The notes under the pieces are model-generated. The model worked only from the letters and a program-made list of their open reading frames with translations. It was not told the origin of the DNA and ran no database searches. Made by a program: the position numbers and the translations under genes. DNA of 64,000 nucleotides from an uncultured Acidobacteriota bacterium (GTDB lineage Bacteria > Actinomycetota > Acidimicrobiia > Spongiisociales > ZC4RG35), in contig CAWGJI010000003.1 of NCBI GenBank assembly GCA_963822895.1, positions 128,379 to 192,378 of the forward strand, written 5' to 3'. Positions 60,166-64,000 of the stretch are shown piece by piece. Position 1 is the first letter of the stretch. The number at the start of each line of letters is the position of its first letter.

Positions 60166-60730
60166 TCGGTCACGAGAGATGAGGGGCGGACTTACAAGCG
60201 CCGGAATCGTGTTCGGAGTGTTGGGCGGTGCTGGCGCTATGCACGCTCGCCGGCTCGAGTCACTCGTGTCGACGCTTGGGGCACACCGCCTATTGACTCG
60301 ACCCCTCGTCCGCCCAGTAGCTGGCTTTGTCGCTCTCACGGAGATTTCGCTCGGGATCTTGGGCCTGGCCGGGCTTGCCTTTGTTGGCGGCCAACTACTT
60401 GCCGTAGCCGCTCTTCTTTCAGCTGCCCTGTACGCGTCCTATACCGTCTATCTCATAGTCCTCGTCAGGATCCGGCCAGGCTCGAACTGTGGTTGCAATC
60501 AGAGCGACCTGCCAGCGAACTGGGCTCATGTCTTGCGCTCAGCAGTCTTGTGCGTTCTGGCCGTGGCGGCGGCACGCTCGATCATTCCAATCTCGAACAC
60601 TGGCTTGGAGACTTCAGAGCTGATTCTCACGTTATGTGTAATAGCAGGCGGAGTGGCTTTGGTGTGGATTAGTCCGGAAGTCGTGGGGTTGAGGAAGACT
60701 ATAAGACAAAGACAAGGAGTACTGCGGTGA
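60146..60730 (+). CDS. MauE/DoxX-family redox-associated membrane protein
   Basis: ~4 TM helices and conserved loop motif RPGSNCGCNQSD, similar to the DIDCGCFG-type CGC motif of MauE family proteins; overlaps the next gene by 4 bp. Confidence 0.55.
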   Translation: MLGKLNDRSREMRGGLTSAGIVFGVLGGAGAMHARRLESLVSTLGAHRLLTRPLVRPVAGFVALTEISLGILGLAGLAFVGGQLLAVAALLSAALYASYTVYLIVLVRIRPGSNCGCNQSDLPANWAHVLRSAVLCVLAVAAARSIIPISNTGLETSELILTLCVIAGGVALVWISPEVVGLRKTIRQRQGVLR

Positions 60731-61224
60731 GCGCTTTGACCGCTGCTGTTGTCCTGGCATGGGTGGCCATTCTTATCCTGGCTTTGGCGATTAGTGGACT
60801 GACGCGGGCGGTGGGTCGCCTGGCTACAGGAGCTGTAGGGGCGCCCGCAGCTCATCCTCTGATTGGTAGCCAGGCACCACCAATCCCGGCCCTTGGGCCC
60901 TGGTCTGAACCGACGGTGATGGTGTTCGTGGATCCCACATGCATCGTATGCCGCGAAAGAATCCAAGACATCAAGGAGATTCACTCAGGTGAGACGAATT
61001 GGATCCTTGTGACCACGGATCCCAGCGAAACCTTCTCAGACTTGGAGTTGAACGGCCTGCGACTCATCCGGGTCGAAAGCCCTTACGTCACCTTTTTTGG
61101 CGCTTACTCGAAGCCATTCGGGGTTGTGATTGACAGCAATGGACTCATTGTCGCGGCCTCGGCCTTAGGAAACAGGAAGATGCTCACCGACCTTGTGCCA
61201 ATGGGTTCTAGAGAAGGTAGCTGA
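60727..61224 (+). CDS. membrane-anchored thioredoxin-like thiol-disulfide oxidoreductase (MauD-like)
   Basis: N-terminal TM anchor, MVFVDPTCIVCRE CxxC active site in a thioredoxin-fold context, ~165 aa. Confidence 0.6.
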   Translation: MSALTAAVVLAWVAILILALAISGLTRAVGRLATGAVGAPAAHPLIGSQAPPIPALGPWSEPTVMVFVDPTCIVCRERIQDIKEIHSGETNWILVTTDPSETFSDLELNGLRLIRVESPYVTFFGAYSKPFGVVIDSNGLIVAASALGNRKMLTDLVPMGSREGS

Positions 61225-61229
61225 ACAGG

Positions 61230-61799
61230 ATGCTTGATCTCGCAACGGTTGTTGACTGGGACGATAAGCCGCACGGCGCCAATCGGCGGAGCCTACACGT
61301 CCACCACCCGCATGAGCCGATGCGGCCCACTCGTCGGATGTTCCTCAAGGGGGCCATGGCCGCTTCCGCCGGGTTCGCCCTTGCTGCGATGGGGGCTTTT
61401 CCCTTCGTCCAACGCGCACGGGCAGACGCCCCGCCCGGTGGCTGGTTGATCTGGACCAATGGAGGAACGAACGACTGCGGCGGTCTGGACTCGTGGGTCA
61501 ATGATGACGAGTGCGATGGCTGCAACAACAAGCTGTGGTGTTGCTGCTCGAGCGGGTACCACAAGGGCCCCGCTTTCGGTTGCAACTACGACTTCCGCCC
61601 CGATCTCTGCAAGTCCGGCGGCTACGACGGGTGGACCTGGAAGATGACCGTTTGCTGCCTGACCGGCGCAACCACCTGTCATAAGAATCGTGTCTGGCGA
61701 TGCTCGGATGGCAAGTACCGGTCGAGTTGTTCGAGCGGATGGACGGATTCGATCTGTCGGTACATTACGTCATCCGGCACCACCTGTTCCGGGTGCTAG
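61230..61799 (+). CDS. TAT-signal secreted Cys/Trp-rich small protein (16 Cys, 8 Trp in ~125-aa mature part), MauA-position gene
   Basis: Twin-arginine motif TRRMFLKGAMAASAGFALAAMGA with AxA cleavage (ARA/DAP); mature region has WCCC, VCC and many spaced Cys/Trp; sits directly after the MauE/MauD-like pair. Confidence 0.6.
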   Translation: MLDLATVVDWDDKPHGANRRSLHVHHPHEPMRPTRRMFLKGAMAASAGFALAAMGAFPFVQRARADAPPGGWLIWTNGGTNDCGGLDSWVNDDECDGCNNKLWCCCSSGYHKGPAFGCNYDFRPDLCKSGGYDGWTWKMTVCCLTGATTCHKNRVWRCSDGKYRSSCSSGWTDSICRYITSSGTTCSGC

Positions 61800-61972
61800 G
61801 GGCGAGGGCGGCCCTCGAGGGAAGGTGGGCTGCAATCTGGGTCGCGATTGGGGCCATCCTTGCTCTATCGCTTCTGTTAGTCGTCCGTGGATGGGGCTCC
61901 ACCCTTGTCGCCCCTCTAGTGCTTTTCACGGCAGGTGCGGGCGCCGGGGTGTCCCTGTCAGGTTCGACCTGA
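61793..61972 (+). CDS. possible small two-TM membrane protein
   Basis: GTG start just before the stop of the Cys-rich gene; hydrophobic IWVAIGAILALSLLLVV and LVAPLVLFTAGAGAGV; the longer ATG 61700 version would overlap the previous gene by 100 nt. Confidence 0.25.
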   Translation: MLGARAALEGRWAAIWVAIGAILALSLLLVVRGWGSTLVAPLVLFTAGAGAGVSLSGST

Positions 61973-62041
61973 ACTTACAACAGCGCTGTAGCGCTAATCC
62001 CGGCCGGGAGCCGTGGGTCGAGACCGAGGCGTAACGCAGCG

Positions 62042-62554
62042 TTGTATCTCGTCGGGTCGGTCGTTGGGGCTGTGATCATACAAATCGCTTTGCAGGGCGT
62101 GAGCATGCTCAGTGTTTGGGTTTCAAGGGACCTGAGGGCCGGAGCCTTTCTGGCGATCGGAGTGTCCGCACTGCTGGTGGATACCGGTGTCGCTCCGTGG
62201 CCCATTCCGAGCCCAAGACGGCAGGTACCTCCCCATATTTTCAGCGCCGGGCATCGACGGGCCGGCTTCCTCTTCGGACTGCAGATGGGTGCAGGTATGG
62301 TGACCTACATCACGGCCGCAGCTCCGTACACCATTTGGGTGGCCACAGGATTGGGGCTGACTTCTTTAACGAATTCGTTGGCTCTTGGCATTGGGTTTGG
62401 TTTTGGTCGTGGGCTGCTTCCGTTTGCACGCCTCGGATTGCATCGCGATGACGGTTGGATGGAGGCTCTCGAGGTTTTTGCGGCCCGAGCCCGATGGGCC
62501 GGGTCTAGCTTCGCACTCGTGGGCACAACGGTTGCTGTCTTATTGATCGGTTAG
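62042..62554 (+). CDS. hypothetical integral membrane protein
   Basis: 170 aa, ~5 hydrophobic helices, no Cys, no recognised motif. Confidence 0.45.
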   Translation: MYLVGSVVGAVIIQIALQGVSMLSVWVSRDLRAGAFLAIGVSALLVDTGVAPWPIPSPRRQVPPHIFSAGHRRAGFLFGLQMGAGMVTYITAAAPYTIWVATGLGLTSLTNSLALGIGFGFGRGLLPFARLGLHRDDGWMEALEVFAARARWAGSSFALVGTTVAVLLIG

Positions 62555-63595
62555 CGCGGCGACATCTTGATTGGCAACAGCAATGCTCCGAGCCACCGCC
62601 GAGGCGGAGCCATAGGTCGTGTCATGTATGGACACATCGACGCGTCTTGCAGATTCGTCAATACACTTGACCACGTATGTTCCACCAGCAGACTCGCTTT
62701 CTGCAGCCATATCTTGGCAGCCGGCCGGGAAAAGCGTGAGGGTGAAGCCGGGATGCGAGACCTCGATGCTCATCGGCGGGAACTCGCTCGGAAAGGCAAG
62801 GCGTAACGGGGAAGCGACGTCGATCGTTGGCCATCCCGACGGGTCTTCTGAGACATTGACACTTTCGAGCCAAGAAGTCACCTGGTCCCGGGAGAAGGTC
62901 TGCGGTGTGTAAAGCCACATGAGCCAGCCGTCGGTCTCAAAGACCAAGTAGCTGCCAGCCGGCGAAGTTCTCTTAACATAGATCCAAGCTGTCTTAATGC
63001 CGTCTGACACCGTATCCATGAGCTCCGACTCATCAAACCACGTGGTCGGTTCCCCTTGTACGAACACGAAGTCGCTCCCAAGAGACGCCCGATCTGGAGG
63101 AGCGACGATCCAACCCTGCAGCTTCGCGGTGCTGTCTTCAATCGGCAACTCCATCGGAAGACTCCAGGTGATTACTTCATCATCCAGATAGCGAACGGTC
63201 AGTAGATTCGAACCAGTACCCTGTGATGTGGCGAACTCCAACGTTGGTGGTTGCTCCCGGGGCCATAGTGAGCCCTGAGAACTCACCCCAGAATCTAAGG
63301 ATATCTCGTTTGAAATACCATCGTCTAATGGGCCTCGATTGGTCAAAAGTGCGGGCAGGGCTCCGAGCACCAATACGAGTACGGCTGAAGCAACTGCCAC
63401 CGTCCACCCAGCAGTGGGCCTCCATCGTGGAGCTGCGGGAGCCGGACTCCTAAGTGATGAATCGTCCAGATCGAGATGGAGACCTATTTGCTCAGACACA
63501 CGGGTGAAGGTTGCAGCGCCTTCTGCGCCATATCTCCATCGATTCGCCTCTTTTGTGGATACAGGGTTTTGGTTCCGTAAGTCACGCAATGTCAT
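62540..63595 (-). CDS. putative anti-sigma factor (cytoplasmic N-term, single TM, extracytoplasmic domain)
   Basis: Lies 26 nt downstream of the ECF sigma gene on the same strand; N-terminal ~70 aa then TM helix WTVAVASAVLVLVLGALPALL then a ~270-aa extracellular domain. Start at ATG 63595 (the longer ORF to 63730 would overlap the sigma gene). Confidence 0.5.
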   Translation of the reverse strand: MTLRDLRNQNPVSTKEANRWRYGAEGAATFTRVSEQIGLHLDLDDSSLRSPAPAAPRWRPTAGWTVAVASAVLVLVLGALPALLTNRGPLDDGISNEISLDSGVSSQGSLWPREQPPTLEFATSQGTGSNLLTVRYLDDEVITWSLPMELPIEDSTAKLQGWIVAPPDRASLGSDFVFVQGEPTTWFDESELMDTVSDGIKTAWIYVKRTSPAGSYLVFETDGWLMWLYTPQTFSRDQVTSWLESVNVSEDPSGWPTIDVASPLRLAFPSEFPPMSIEVSHPGFTLTLFPAGCQDMAAESESAGGTYVVKCIDESARRVDVSIHDTTYGSASAVARSIAVANQDVAALTDQ

Positions 63596-63620
63596 TCCTC
63601 GCTCCCTATCTCCTGCTTCT

Positions 63621-64000
63621 TCAGGATCTCCTCGAATCGCCTTTAGCCCTTGATAAACGCATACGGGCGGCGGAAGGCGTGGTGCCGAGCACGTCGGCCA
63701 CTTCACGACGGGTAAGGCCCTCCCATCCAACCAGAAGGAGGATCTCGCGCTCCTCCGAATCCATTACTGCTAGAGCGTCTCTAAATTCGAGTGATAGCTC
63801 ATTCTCCGACGAAGCAACGGCGCTTGGGGTCTCGGCACCGATGCGCTCCAGCAGCCTTCGCCAGCGATCGTCGTTCCGGTAGCTTTGTCGCACGACATTG
63901 CCGGCGACCCCGTACAGCCATGGCAACGCTTTGTCTGGGACGTCGTCGCGACGCCTCCAGGCAACCAAGAAGGTGTCCGCTACGACATCTTCGACACAAC
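63621..64000 (-). CDS. ECF-subfamily RNA polymerase sigma-70 factor (5' end beyond window)
   Basis: Region 2.4-like PWLYGVAGNVVRQ and region 4 HTH LLVGWEGLTRREVADVLGTTPSAARMRLSRA; N-terminal region 2 lies past position 64000. Confidence 0.75.
   Translation of the reverse strand, partial: CVEDVVADTFLVAWRRRDDVPDKALPWLYGVAGNVVRQSYRNDDRWRRLLERIGAETPSAVASSENELSLEFRDALAVMDSEEREILLLVGWEGLTRREVADVLGTTPSAARMRLSRAKGDSRRS

Noticed and set aside
61230-61799. Calling the Cys/Trp-rich protein a bona fide methylamine dehydrogenase light chain (MauA)
   Set aside because: Only genomic context and composition resemble MauA. No convincing alignment of the TTQ tryptophans or the disulfide pattern could be made by eye, and mauB/mauG are absent from the window.
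61700-61972. 90-aa ORF starting at ATG 61700
   Set aside because: It would overlap the last 100 nt of the Cys-rich gene in another frame; a GTG start at ~61793 giving a 59-aa two-TM peptide is more plausible, and even that is low confidence.
62042-62554. CcdA/DsbD-like electron transporter completing the thiol-redox relay
   Set aside because: The membrane protein has no cysteines at all, so it cannot be a CcdA/DsbD-type disulfide transporter.

Overview
High-GC (about 63-68% by eye) actinobacterial-type chromosomal segment with dense, mostly core metabolism and envelope genes. Recognisable genes include acnA, apbC/mrp, rlmN, sufB, murA, rpiB, ppdK, meaB, an NifU-like gene, menE-menB-menA, eukaryotic-type myo-inositol-1-phosphate synthase with arfB, and a cobO-btuD-btuC-btuF cobalamin uptake operon. 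That operon is preceded by a sequence matching cobalamin riboswitch core motifs (a B12-box-like element). There is also an mprA-mprB-pepD-like two-component/HtrA cassette, two tandem membrane HD/HD-GYP proteins, a large adenylate cyclase/ATPase/TPR signalling protein, several ABC exporters, LysM/M23 peptidases, a sortase and TlpA/DsbB oxidative-folding genes. Two genes (a TlpA-like redoxin and a gamma-glutamyltransferase) are split across frames. A compound tandem repeat duplicating the 3' end of the GGT gene sits at 15.73-16.21 kb. The most interesting part is the final ~5.4 kb (58.65-64.0 kb). Its GC content drops to roughly 48-58% and it begins at a tRNA-like 3' fragment. It encodes a MauE/DoxX-like CGC-motif membrane protein, a membrane-anchored CxxC thioredoxin-like protein and a TAT-signal small protein with 16 Cys and 8 Trp, arranged like mauE-mauD-mauA but without the other mau genes in the window. 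These are followed by small membrane proteins and a divergent ECF sigma/anti-sigma pair. This is a candidate undescribed, horizontally acquired system for maturing an exported Cys/Trp-rich (possibly quinone-cofactor or disulfide-knotted) protein.
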